From assembly GCA_964415355.1 (NCBI GenBank), contig CAYPYS010000003.1, positions 68,156-132,155 on the forward strand: 64,000 nucleotides of DNA. The letters are read 5' to 3'. The notes under the pieces are model-generated. The model was not told where the DNA came from. It ran no database searches and saw only the letters and a program-made list of their open reading frames with translations. The DNA is from an uncultured Planctomycetia bacterium (lineage in GTDB: Bacteria; Omnitrophota; Gorgyraeia; Gorgyraeales; Gorgyraeaceae). Made by a program: the position numbers and the translations under genes. Shown piece by piece: positions 27,739-36,883 of this stretch; the stretch's first letter is position 1; the number at the start of each line of letters is the position of its first letter.

Positions 27739-28962
27739 CTAGAGGGCTACGACGTCGCCCTTGTGATAGAGCGACAAAAACAACAACAGATATTCCTTTA
27801 AGTGGCGCGTAAGGAGAAAATTCTGCCTTATGTGCTCACGGCCGTTCTCACCAAGTCTCTTTGCGTACTCTGGTGCGCTCAAAAGCTGTTTTATATAAAA
27901 CGCTGCTCCTTCCACGGTATTGCATAAAATTCCACTATACTTATGTTTTATCTGCAAAGGTATGCCTCCGACAGCTGACCCAACCACTGGCTTGGCTTTC
28001 CACAGGGCCTCTGAGACAGTAAGCGCAAACCCTTCTCTGATGGACTTCTGAAGCACCACATCTGAGACGCGCTGGAATGCATTGATCTCATAAGGTATAT
28101 CTTCCACCATAAGCGCTGTGATATCAGGATCGTCACCCGCAGCCTCTTTCACTTGACCGTATATCTTGTCTGACTCAGGATCATCAGCAGCGCGATTGCC
28201 CACCAGCAACAATTGACAATCAATGTATTTCTTTACCAGCTTGTATGCCTCTATCACTCCAACTGGATCTTTAAGAGCATCATATCTTGAGATCTGACAT
28301 ATCAAAGGCTTTTTCCCAGGATCGACTTTGTATTTATTAAGCACAGTGTCGATTTCCTTCTGCGTTAACTCTCTGTTTTTATCGCTAAAAGGATCGATAG
28401 ATGGGGAAATAAGAACTTGCCTTGTCTTCATTTTATGAGCAAAATGCGCGCTTGAAAAAATCGCCGCGTGATACTTGTTTGCGAGACCTTCTAAAAATCC
28501 CCATACCTTTCTATCGGGATTCGATACATCGACATGGCAACGCCATATCCATTTGCTATTTTTCATCTTAGACTTGCGCTGTATCAGTCCTATCGGCTGC
28601 GGGTCATGTATAAACATGATATCGCCGTATAAATTCATCTCCCTGACGTTTTCCCTGCTAATATCATTGAATATCTTCCACATCTTTCTTGTGATCTTCG
28701 CCTTTTTTCCATGCAATGCATTATGTATGCTCTTAGTCACTTCAAAAAAATCAGCACTGCCTTTTATGACGTCCCACTGTGCGCTAACGCCAAGCTCCTG
28801 CATAAGAGGAGTGATCTTGCTCAGTATCTCTGCGACACCGCCACCCATGGCAGTAGAGTTTATATGCTGGATCGTCTTGCCGCGCAAATAGTCAGCCAAG
28901 AGCCTCAGCTCCTCTATCGTACTTCTTCCCACTACTTCTTCGTATCTATCTATTCTTCCCAT
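27739..28962 (-). CDS. treT: trehalose glycosyltransferring synthase (GT4)
   Basis: INSTAMGGGVAEILSKITPLMQELGVSAQWDVIKGSADFFEVTKSIHNALHG matches archaeal TreT closely. Confidence 0.7.
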   Translation of the reverse strand: MGRIDRYEEVVGRSTIEELRLLADYLRGKTIQHINSTAMGGGVAEILSKITPLMQELGVSAQWDVIKGSADFFEVTKSIHNALHGKKAKITRKMWKIFNDISRENVREMNLYGDIMFIHDPQPIGLIQRKSKMKNSKWIWRCHVDVSNPDRKVWGFLEGLANKYHAAIFSSAHFAHKMKTRQVLISPSIDPFSDKNRELTQKEIDTVLNKYKVDPGKKPLICQISRYDALKDPVGVIEAYKLVKKYIDCQLLLVGNRAADDPESDKIYGQVKEAAGDDPDITALMVEDIPYEINAFQRVSDVVLQKSIREGFALTVSEALWKAKPVVGSAVGGIPLQIKHKYSGILCNTVEGAAFYIKQLLSAPEYAKRLGENGREHIRQNFLLTRHLKEYLLLFLSLYHKGDVVAL

Positions 28963-29620
28963 TTTTTAGTCTCTCTTCTGCAAGCTCTATTATCTTTCTC
29001 CTTAAGTCTTCCATGGTAAACGTATACGGATCCAAAGACATTATCTTTTCAGCGAGCTCAATCTCTGACAGCGACGTTCCCAGCCAAAAAGAAAAATCAT
29101 TCGTTTCCTTGTCCAGCCTGAGACGTGCCTCAAACATATGAAAATATATTGAATCTAGCGTAACCTCTTTGAGCATATCGACAAAGTCTTTTAAAGTCGC
29201 TGCCACATGAGGCGTGGGCAAGACAAAACTCGCGCTTTTTATAAAATGGAATACCCTATTGCGGGCCGCGAATCTCTCTTTTGTCCTTGGATTTCTCTCT
29301 ACATGCTCTTCTATGATTCTCACGATCTCGTTCCTTAGCGCGCGTATGCTCGGGTATTTGATCGTATCGATACTGGCGATTCTCTCTCCCAACACTTCTT
29401 CATTTAAGACATTTGTTATCCAATGGGCAAAATCATTTGGTGGCTCTGGAGAAAGATACTCGTGCTGCTGCAGGAAATGGTGGGTGTGGTAATAAATCGA
29501 AGAGCCCGGCACCCTCCTAATAAGCTCCAAAAGTTCCTCTATATTAGAAGCCTTAAGGCCTGTAAGGATCCTCATATGAAGTCTTGTATAAAATCTAAAT
29601 GTCTTATCGTTATTCGCCAT
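28946..29620 (-). CDS. hypothetical protein with twofold internal repeat (NDFxxW...LxExIxSxD)
   Basis: 224 aa, overlaps treT start by 17 nt and so is likely co-translated. Confidence 0.35.
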   Translation of the reverse strand: MANNDKTFRFYTRLHMRILTGLKASNIEELLELIRRVPGSSIYYHTHHFLQQHEYLSPEPPNDFAHWITNVLNEEVLGERIASIDTIKYPSIRALRNEIVRIIEEHVERNPRTKERFAARNRVFHFIKSASFVLPTPHVAATLKDFVDMLKEVTLDSIYFHMFEARLRLDKETNDFSFWLGTSLSEIELAEKIMSLDPYTFTMEDLRRKIIELAEERLKNGKNR

Positions 29621-29643
29621 AATTACTATTATATATTATATCC

Positions 29644-29680
29644 TAACTTTACATTTCAACAACGTTAAAGTGTAAAGTTA
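29644..29680. repeat. element copy 13
   Basis: consensus copy; supplies otsB stop. Confidence 0.9.
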
Positions 29681-30481
29681 GGCGGGCGGAAGCGTGGTCA
29701 GCTTTTTTAAAAACTTCCCCACCTCTCTCGTATTGCTCAGGAAATAATCTGAACCGATGCCCTTCTTTGGTTTACCGACAAACACGGACACGCCTTTTTT
29801 TCTGATCGCGCGAAACGCATCTATGTCCGTAACATCATCCCCTATATATAAAGGAAAGGTCTTTTTCTTTTTAAGGAGCCAGTTAACAGCCCTTCCTTTA
29901 TTCCAATCTAGATTAGGCCTTACCTCCCAAACTTTTTTGCCTGAAGTAACCTTTATCTTTTTAGATATTATATATGGTCTAGTTATTTTATCAAGCTTCT
30001 TTTTTATTAAAGTCTTATCTTTTGATCTTGCAAGTCTATAATGCAGACTTAACGTAGCGCCTTTATCCTCTATAAATACTCCTTTAATATTTTTCATATC
30101 CTTACGTAACTGCGCTCCGATTTTTTTTACAATAGGTCTTGCAATACCCGCAGCAGATGGCCTTGAAAACCTGATACCCTTCCCTTCTATCTCGAGGCCA
30201 TGATTACCTGCATAGATAATGCCTTTTATGCCGACCATATTTTTTACATTCTTCAACGAACGACCGCTTATGATCGCTATCATAAATCTTGGATCTTTCT
30301 TTAATTTACTGATTGATATTTTTACTGAGCGCGGAAACTTCGCATATTCAGGTCTTTTGACGATGGGCGTAAGAGTGCCATCATAATCAAGGAATAAAAA
30401 AACATGCGGAGAGTTTTGTATCTTAGAGGAAAGCCTGTTCCAGTCGTTGAAAAGATATCGCATTCTATTCTTTAAACTCAA
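29678..30481 (-). CDS. otsB: trehalose-6-phosphate phosphatase
   Basis: LFLDYDGTLTPIV HAD-IIB motif. Confidence 0.75.
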   Translation of the reverse strand: MSLKNRMRYLFNDWNRLSSKIQNSPHVFLFLDYDGTLTPIVKRPEYAKFPRSVKISISKLKKDPRFMIAIISGRSLKNVKNMVGIKGIIYAGNHGLEIEGKGIRFSRPSAAGIARPIVKKIGAQLRKDMKNIKGVFIEDKGATLSLHYRLARSKDKTLIKKKLDKITRPYIISKKIKVTSGKKVWEVRPNLDWNKGRAVNWLLKKKKTFPLYIGDDVTDIDAFRAIRKKGVSVFVGKPKKGIGSDYFLSNTREVGKFLKKLTTLPPA

Positions 30482-31943
30482 ATTTCAAAAGCGCCGAGAG
30501 AACCTTGCCCGCCCATTTATAGATATTATTCGTTGCCACTTGCTCGCGCATTTTAAGCATACGACGCTTGGCCTCTTTCTTTCTCATAGACAAGGCCTCT
30601 TTTATTTTATCTGCAAAATCCTCTGTATCATAAGGGTTGATCATGACAGCGTCTTCTAATTCTCGAGCAGAACCTGTAAATTGGCTAAGGATCAAGCCGC
30701 CAGATCCATCTGAATGAGTAGCTATGTATTCCTTTGCCACAAGATTCATACCGTCGTGAAGCGGGCTTACTATGCACATATTCGCGAGTTTATAAAAAGC
30801 CACCACCTCAGGATAGCTCAGATGCCGCCTTACAAAAAGTATCGGCGCCCAACCCTCTTGTTGATGCTTCCAGTTTATCTCTTCGACAAGCGCATTTATT
30901 TCGTCATTGAGATTTTTGTACGCTGGGATATGAAGTCTCGACAATCTACCCATTTGTATAAAAACAAACTTACCCTTATATTCAGGATATTTTTCCACAA
31001 ACCTATCGATCGCACGTAATCTCTCAGGTATGCCCTTTGTGTAATCGATCCTATCCAGCCCTAACATGATGAACTCGTAATCGAGCAAAAATTCTTCGTT
31101 GAGATTCTGCATATATTCTTTTATCTTGTCAGACTCTGCGAGCTTCTTTACATACTCATAGTCCACGCCTATAGGAAACGGCCTTATAATCGTCTCATGG
31201 CCTCCTTTTATAATGGAAAATCTCTCGCGATCAACGCGCGCCTCAATCTCTTTTTCCACAGTAGCTATGAAATTCTCGCAATGATATCTCAGGTGAAAAC
31301 CCAGGAGGTCATTTGCCAGGAGACCTTCCAGGATCTCGGCCTTTTTAGGACAGATCCTGAACACCTCTGGATTAGGCCATGGTATATGCCAGAAATGCGC
31401 CGTAATAATATTATTTCCTTTGGCCTCTTTTAAAAATTTTGGCAGAAGCGCCATGTGGTAGTCTTGAATCCACACAAACGCCTTTCTGTCGCCTATCTTC
31501 TCGAGTATGGCATCTGCAAATTTTCTGTTTACTCTCTCATACATCTTCCAGTCAAACTTTTCGAACTTAGGACGGGTGTAAGATATATGAGACAGCGGCC
31601 ACAGCGCTTCATTGGAAAAACCATAATAATAACCGTCTTCTTCTTCTTTTGTGAGCCACACCCGGTGAAGCGTGTACTTTGGGTCATCTGGCGGCACCTG
31701 AATTCTATTGTTTTTATCCACTGTCTTTTTATCCGCATCTCCGCTTCCATGCGCGATCCACAGACCACTGCACGCCTTCATAACAGGATCAAGCGCTGTA
31801 ACTACGCCTCCTGCAGAACGCTGCCATACGATCTTTCCCTTTTTGTGAAAATGGATGTAGGGCTCTCTATTGGAAACAGCTATCAAGAGATAATCCCCTA
31901 ACTGCTCATCTATGACCTTTTTAAGCGCTTCCTGTGTCCACAT
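30465..31943 (-). CDS. otsA: alpha,alpha-trehalose-phosphate synthase
   Basis: 492 aa GT20 family (WIQDYHMALLP, LHDGMNLVAKEY). Confidence 0.85.
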   Translation of the reverse strand: MWTQEALKKVIDEQLGDYLLIAVSNREPYIHFHKKGKIVWQRSAGGVVTALDPVMKACSGLWIAHGSGDADKKTVDKNNRIQVPPDDPKYTLHRVWLTKEEEDGYYYGFSNEALWPLSHISYTRPKFEKFDWKMYERVNRKFADAILEKIGDRKAFVWIQDYHMALLPKFLKEAKGNNIITAHFWHIPWPNPEVFRICPKKAEILEGLLANDLLGFHLRYHCENFIATVEKEIEARVDRERFSIIKGGHETIIRPFPIGVDYEYVKKLAESDKIKEYMQNLNEEFLLDYEFIMLGLDRIDYTKGIPERLRAIDRFVEKYPEYKGKFVFIQMGRLSRLHIPAYKNLNDEINALVEEINWKHQQEGWAPILFVRRHLSYPEVVAFYKLANMCIVSPLHDGMNLVAKEYIATHSDGSGGLILSQFTGSARELEDAVMINPYDTEDFADKIKEALSMRKKEAKRRMLKMREQVATNNIYKWAGKVLSALLKFEFKE

Positions 31944-31958
31944 AACAACTTCCTCTCT

Positions 31959-31995
31959 TAACTTTACATTTCAACAACGTTAAAATGTAAAGTTA
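31959..31995. repeat. element copy 14
   Basis: taactttacatttcaacaacgttaaaatgtaaagtta. Confidence 0.9.
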
Positions 31996-32005
31996 AGATC
32001 CGCGA

Positions 32006-32326
32006 TTACGATTCCATAATGTCTATCTTAACCTTAGACTTATATCTAAGAGGGTCCTGACCAAAAAACTCTTCAAGAAAATGAGTATTAGAAAGGCGAT
32101 TATCGGTGATATATCGATACCAATCCCAAAATTCAGAGGAAGCATCTTTCTTATTGGGTATAAGATCGGCTCTGTGACCTTTGTATAAAAACTGCACTAT
32201 TGGATTATAAGGATCCGGGTTCACCCAGCTTATCAGGGCCCTTATCAATATAAGCCAATAAATTAGCGTTAGCACTACATTCAATACGCTCGCCAATGCT
32301 TGTAGTAGATTTGAAAGAATAAACAT
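32006..32326 (-). CDS. small membrane protein, YggT-like N-terminus
   Basis: [16 protein letters not shown] resembles YggT motif; 106 aa. Confidence 0.3.
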   Translation of the reverse strand: MFILSNLLQALASVLNVVLTLIYWLILIRALISWVNPDPYNPIVQFLYKGHRADLIPNKKDASSEFWDWYRYITDNRLSNTHFLEEFFGQDPLRYKSKVKIDIMES

Positions 32327-33414
32327 TATTTGGCTTTCTCCTGGTCATAGTTAATCGCCCTTATTGGATAAGGTATTATAATACCTTCTTTGTTGTAACG
32401 TTCGTGCAGCCGCTTTATGAATTCGTGCTTTATAAGATAATTATCTACAAATTCCTTTGCCCGCAAGATAACTGTAAAATCTATGCTGAAATCATTAAAT
32501 GTGTGATAACGAATAAAAGGCTCGAATCCCGGCACTCCGCCCTGGACCGTTTTCATGACTTCCCTGGCTACCTCGATCGTCACCTTCTCTACGCGCTTCA
32601 AATCAGCCTCATAGTGCACGCCAACCTGGACCAGCACTGCCATCTCAGTTTCAGGATAATAGTAATTCAGGATCTTGGAACTCACCAAAATCTTATTCGG
32701 TATGACAACTACATTATTAGGCAACATCCTGATCCACGTAGAGCGCCAGCCGACTTTTGCTACATACCCTTCTTCTCCGGAATCAAGCTTTATGAATTGA
32801 CCTATCTTTATCGGTTTGTCTACGATAATCTGAATGCCTGAGAAAAAATTCTCCAACGTAGGCTGAAGCGCCAGAGCCACTGCCAATGAACCGATACCAA
32901 GAGACGCGAGAAGTGGCGTGATCGACACGCCAAAACTATCCATCAATATCAATAAACCCAGCACTATTACTATTATTCTTACAAAGGTCCTGACTACGCC
33001 GCCTGAGGTTTTCAGTATATCCACTTTTTTAGAATAGGTCTGGATGAGATTATTGAAGAGCCTGTCCAGGAATATTACAATGGCGATTATTGTCGTTGTT
33101 CGGAGAGCTATTGAGAAATATCTTGATACTTCAGAATCCGTGAGGAGCGGGGAGACCCGTTCTAAGATAAATACGCCGCTTACGAATATCAGCAAAACCA
33201 ATGGGAAATTCAGGGCTGAGAGCAGGATATCGTCCACCTGTGACTTGGTGCGACTGGCAAATTTCTCTATGCGGACAAATACGATCTTTTTAATAAATAA
33301 AAGGATTGTAACCCACAGAAAGTATATGACTGGCGCATATATAAAGGTAGGAATCGTAATATTGAAAAGCACAATTTCTTTCATAATATACTCATAATAA
33401 ACGACTTGCCTCAA
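32326..33414 (-). CDS. mechanosensitive ion channel (MscS family)
   Basis: 3 TM then beta-domain; 362 aa. Confidence 0.75.
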   Translation of the reverse strand: MRQVVYYEYIMKEIVLFNITIPTFIYAPVIYFLWVTILLFIKKIVFVRIEKFASRTKSQVDDILLSALNFPLVLLIFVSGVFILERVSPLLTDSEVSRYFSIALRTTTIIAIVIFLDRLFNNLIQTYSKKVDILKTSGGVVRTFVRIIVIVLGLLILMDSFGVSITPLLASLGIGSLAVALALQPTLENFFSGIQIIVDKPIKIGQFIKLDSGEEGYVAKVGWRSTWIRMLPNNVVVIPNKILVSSKILNYYYPETEMAVLVQVGVHYEADLKRVEKVTIEVAREVMKTVQGGVPGFEPFIRYHTFNDFSIDFTVILRAKEFVDNYLIKHEFIKRLHERYNKEGIIIPYPIRAINYDQEKAK

Positions 33415-33444
33415 TTTGTCAAGGAAATTCCCAGCACAAAGACC

Positions 33445-33481
33445 TAAGTTTACATTTCAACAACGTTAAAGTGTAAAGTTA
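33445..33481. repeat. element copy 15 (hybrid AAGTTT / AAAGTT arms)
   Basis: taagtttacatttcaacaacgttaaagtgtaaagtta; supplies rsmI stop. Confidence 0.9.
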
Positions 33482-34156
33482 GGAAGAAAAAGGGGAGATA
33501 ATAAGGCAAAATTCGCCTCTGGGCGGGGTTTTAGTGAAATGCTGCATTGCCAGGGAAACTTTGAAACGTAGGACCTCTTCATATATCTTCGTAATTTCCC
33601 TGGTAATAGCCAGCTCTCTGTCTCCTAAGATATCAAATATATCAGCCAGGAGCTTCAGTAGCCTATGGGGCGATTCATATAATATAATAGTTTTTCTCTC
33701 GCTGCTTAAGAGCCCCAGTTGTTTGCGTCTCTTGGCCTTTTTATGCGATAAAAACCCCTGAAATACAAAGCTATCAGTAGGCATGCCTGATAAGACCAGG
33801 GCTGATACAAATGCGCAAGGTCCGGGAGCAACTGTGACTGAAATACCATTCTCTATGGCGCGCCTGATGATATTGAAACCCGGATCGCTTATGCCAGGCG
33901 TGCCACTGTCAGAAACAAGGGCGACTTCCTTGTCCTCTTTTAGAAGCTGCACCAGATATTCTCCTTTTTTGATCTTATTATGCTCGAAATAGCTTGTGGT
34001 CGGGGTTGAAATTTGATAATGTGAAAGCAGTTTTTTTGTATGGCGCGTGTCTTCGCAAGCAATGAGATCCACTGCCTTCAGTATCTCAATAGCCCTAAAC
34101 GTTATATCTTTCAAATTGCCTATAGGGGTGGATACTATATAAAGTTTACCTGGCAT
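33479..34156 (-). CDS. rsmI: 16S rRNA (cytidine1402-2'-O)-methyltransferase
   Basis: YIVSTPIGNLKDITFRAIEILKAVDLIACEDTRHT. Confidence 0.85.
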   Translation of the reverse strand: MPGKLYIVSTPIGNLKDITFRAIEILKAVDLIACEDTRHTKKLLSHYQISTPTTSYFEHNKIKKGEYLVQLLKEDKEVALVSDSGTPGISDPGFNIIRRAIENGISVTVAPGPCAFVSALVLSGMPTDSFVFQGFLSHKKAKRRKQLGLLSSERKTIILYESPHRLLKLLADIFDILGDRELAITREITKIYEEVLRFKVSLAMQHFTKTPPRGEFCLIISPFSS

Positions 34157-34186
34157 AAAAATATCGTTCCAAGCAAATTATGTCGC

Positions 34187-34226
34187 TTAAGTATACACTT
34201 TAACATTGTTGAAATGTATACTTAAG
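34187..34226. repeat. element copy 16 (GTATAC subfamily)
   Basis: cttaagtatacactttaacattgttgaaatgtatacttaag. Confidence 0.85.
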
Positions 34227-34241
34227 CGAGGATAAAAGGGT

Positions 34242-36071
34242 TTATTCCACAGTAACGCTTTTTGCTAGATTCCTGGGCTGGTCTACGTCACAACCTCTTT
34301 TAACAGCGATATAATATGCAAGAAGCTGCAACGGCAGCGCTGAAACAATCGGAGAGAAAAGTTCGTCTATCTTTGGTATATACGCGACCTCTTTTGTAAA
34401 CCTCTTGATCCTCGCATCGCCTTCGGTCGCGACTATGATGACCTTTCCTTTCCTAGCGCGTATCTCCTGGATATTGGAAAGCATCTTGTCATATGTGCTG
34501 GATGCCGGCGCGATACAAACAACTGCCCTGTATTCATCTATCAACGCAATCGGCCCATGCTTCATCTCCCCCGCAGCATAGCCTTCTGCGGGTATATATG
34601 AAATTTCTTTGAGTTTCAAGGCGCCTTCCAGGGCAGTCGGAAAATTCAGATTTCTACCAAGATACAAAAATGACCCAAAATGTAAATGCTTGCCGGCTAT
34701 CTTTTTAATAAGATCTTTTTTATTCAATATCTTATGCAGAACCACTGGGACCTTTGCAAATTCTCTTATCGCATATCTCTTGAGCTCCTTCTTAAGTAAA
34801 GATCTTTTCTCCGCAATATAGAACGACAATAGATACAATATTGCGAGCTGCGCAGTATATGCCTTTGTCGAGGCGACACCGATCTCCGGCCCGGCGTATG
34901 TATATAAGACATCATCCGATATCCTGACCAAACTCGACCCCACTACATTACATATGGATAAGATCCTAGCGCCTCTCGTCCTCGCCTCTTTAACAGCAGC
35001 CAAGGTATCTGCTGTCTCTCCTGATTGACTGATAGCTATAACGAGAGTGTTCTTGTTTACAATAGGCTCCCTGTACCTGAATTCCGACGACAAATCTGTA
35101 CATACTGGTATACGAGTGAATTTCTCGATCAAATACTTACCGACCAGGCCAGCGTGATAAGCAGTGCCGCAGGCAAGTATTAATATATTGGAAATTTTAG
35201 CTATGTCTTTGTCGTTTATATTCAACCCTTCCAGTACAATTTTGGAATCTCTCAAGCGCGAACTTATTATCTGCCTCAAGACCCTTGGCTGCTCGTGTAT
35301 CTCTTTCAACATAAAATGCGGATAACCCGATTTCTGAGCGCTGGAAATAGTCCATTTAATGGAATCTATTTTTTTCTTCTTTTCTTTGCCGCCCGAGTCA
35401 AATACCCTTACCTTATCTTTTGTCAAAACCGCTATCTCTCCGTCGTCAAGGTACATTACCTGCTTCGTGTGCTTTAATACCGCGGGTATATCTGAAGCGA
35501 TAAAATTTTCACTCTTACCTAATCCCACAATAAGCGGGCTCTCTCTTCTGGCGCCCACTAGTTTATGAGGCTGGTCCTTGCAGATAATACCTACGGCGAA
35601 AGATCCCTTTAGCTCTTTTATTGTCTTTAAAACAGCTTTTTCTAAATCCTCCCTATAATATTTCTCAAGAAGATGGGATACAACTTCTGTGTCTGTCTCT
35701 GATTTAAATCTGTGGCCTTCTTTGATCAACCGCTCTTTTAATTCGCTGAAATTTTCTATTATACCATTGTGGACTACTGAAAAATTCTCTGAACAATCGA
35801 CGTGTGGATGCGCGTTAATATTGGTGGGCGCGCCATGAGTGGCCCAGCGGCTATGTCCTATGCCTACTCTGCTGCCGACCAAAGCCTTTTTCCATTTTAT
35901 AGAAGCGACTAAATCCTTAATCTTGCCCGATCTCTTTGCGATATTGATCTTATTGCCTTTTATGACGCTCACGCCAGCTGAATCATAGCCACGATATTCA
36001 AGCTGCTTAAGCCCATCCAAAAGAACGGATAATGCATCCTTCTTGCCAATATACCCTACTATGCCACACAT
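34242..36071 (-). CDS. glmS: glutamine--fructose-6-phosphate aminotransferase
   Basis: MCGIVGYIG N-terminal Cys, 609 aa, two SIS domains. Confidence 0.9.
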   Translation of the reverse strand: MCGIVGYIGKKDALSVLLDGLKQLEYRGYDSAGVSVIKGNKINIAKRSGKIKDLVASIKWKKALVGSRVGIGHSRWATHGAPTNINAHPHVDCSENFSVVHNGIIENFSELKERLIKEGHRFKSETDTEVVSHLLEKYYREDLEKAVLKTIKELKGSFAVGIICKDQPHKLVGARRESPLIVGLGKSENFIASDIPAVLKHTKQVMYLDDGEIAVLTKDKVRVFDSGGKEKKKKIDSIKWTISSAQKSGYPHFMLKEIHEQPRVLRQIISSRLRDSKIVLEGLNINDKDIAKISNILILACGTAYHAGLVGKYLIEKFTRIPVCTDLSSEFRYREPIVNKNTLVIAISQSGETADTLAAVKEARTRGARILSICNVVGSSLVRISDDVLYTYAGPEIGVASTKAYTAQLAILYLLSFYIAEKRSLLKKELKRYAIREFAKVPVVLHKILNKKDLIKKIAGKHLHFGSFLYLGRNLNFPTALEGALKLKEISYIPAEGYAAGEMKHGPIALIDEYRAVVCIAPASSTYDKMLSNIQEIRARKGKVIIVATEGDARIKRFTKEVAYIPKIDELFSPIVSALPLQLLAYYIAVKRGCDVDQPRNLAKSVTVE

Positions 36072-36090
36072 ATCCTACGCGCCTCTCTCT

Positions 36091-36129
36091 TTAAGTTTAC
36101 ATTTCAACAACGTTAAAATGTAAACTTAG
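36091..36129. repeat. element copy 17 (AAGTTT subfamily)
   Basis: ttaagtttacatttcaacaacgttaaaatgtaaacttag. Confidence 0.9.
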
Positions 36130-36134
36130 ACTTT

Positions 36135-36764
36135 TCAGCATAATATACCAACATCCACAACGACAACATCCCCTGCATGCTCTGGACCTTTATTTATATA
36201 GAACCCTTTTTTTGCAAACTGCATAGTCGCGGTCTTTTTGGCCTTTACAGCCTCACCCAGGACTTCGCCTGTATCAGCGTCAAGGCCGGACGGCACATCA
36301 GCAGAGAGAATCGGAATGCCGTAGACATTCAAATCTTTTATTATATCCCTTGCCGCTCCTTTGACCTCGCCTTTCAGCCCAATGCCGAATATAGCATCTA
36401 TAATCAAATCGCAATGTAATTTAGCGGGAGATAAAATCTCTTCGGCCTCCACGCCTGATTTCTTTAATATTTCCAAATTTATCTTTGGGTCATTTTTTAT
36501 TTTCGACTTCTGCCCGATTATGTGCACCTCTACCTCGATACCTCGTCTTGCAAGATACCTGGCAGCTACGAATCCGTCTCCCCCATTATTGCCTGGCCCG
36601 CAGAATATTGCAACTTTTTTTCGCGCGCCTCCTCCAAGCATTTCCAGAGCTATATCGCTCACTCCTCGACCAGCATTCTCCATAAGCACAATAGAAGGCA
36701 CGCCAATATCCTCTATTGTCCTGCGATCCAGCTCCTGCATTTCTGAGCTCGAAACAGTTTTCAT
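36135..36764 (-). CDS. nnrE: NAD(P)H-hydrate epimerase (YjeF N-terminal domain)
   Basis: Start MKTVSSSEM; GPGNNGGDG motif; track N-terminus is repeat read-through. Confidence 0.7.
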   Translation of the reverse strand: MKTVSSSEMQELDRRTIEDIGVPSIVLMENAGRGVSDIALEMLGGGARKKVAIFCGPGNNGGDGFVAARYLARRGIEVEVHIIGQKSKIKNDPKINLEILKKSGVEAEEILSPAKLHCDLIIDAIFGIGLKGEVKGAARDIIKDLNVYGIPILSADVPSGLDADTGEVLGEAVKAKKTATMQFAKKGFYINKGPEHAGDVVVVDVGILC

Positions 36765-36812
36765 GGTGCTATATATTATAACACCTGCCGCTCTTCCCTT
36801 CAACCTCGGCCT

Positions 36813-36866
36813 AACTTTACATTTCAACGTTGGGGAAGCCTGTGCCACGAAGTAGTATGTAAAGTT
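36813..36866. repeat. element copy 18 split by ~26-bp insertion in the loop
   Basis: taactttacatttcaacgtt-ggggaagcctgtgccacgaagtagta-tgtaaagtt, in divergent promoter region. Confidence 0.7.
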
Positions 36867-36883
36867 GAAGCGTTTAGCTTATT

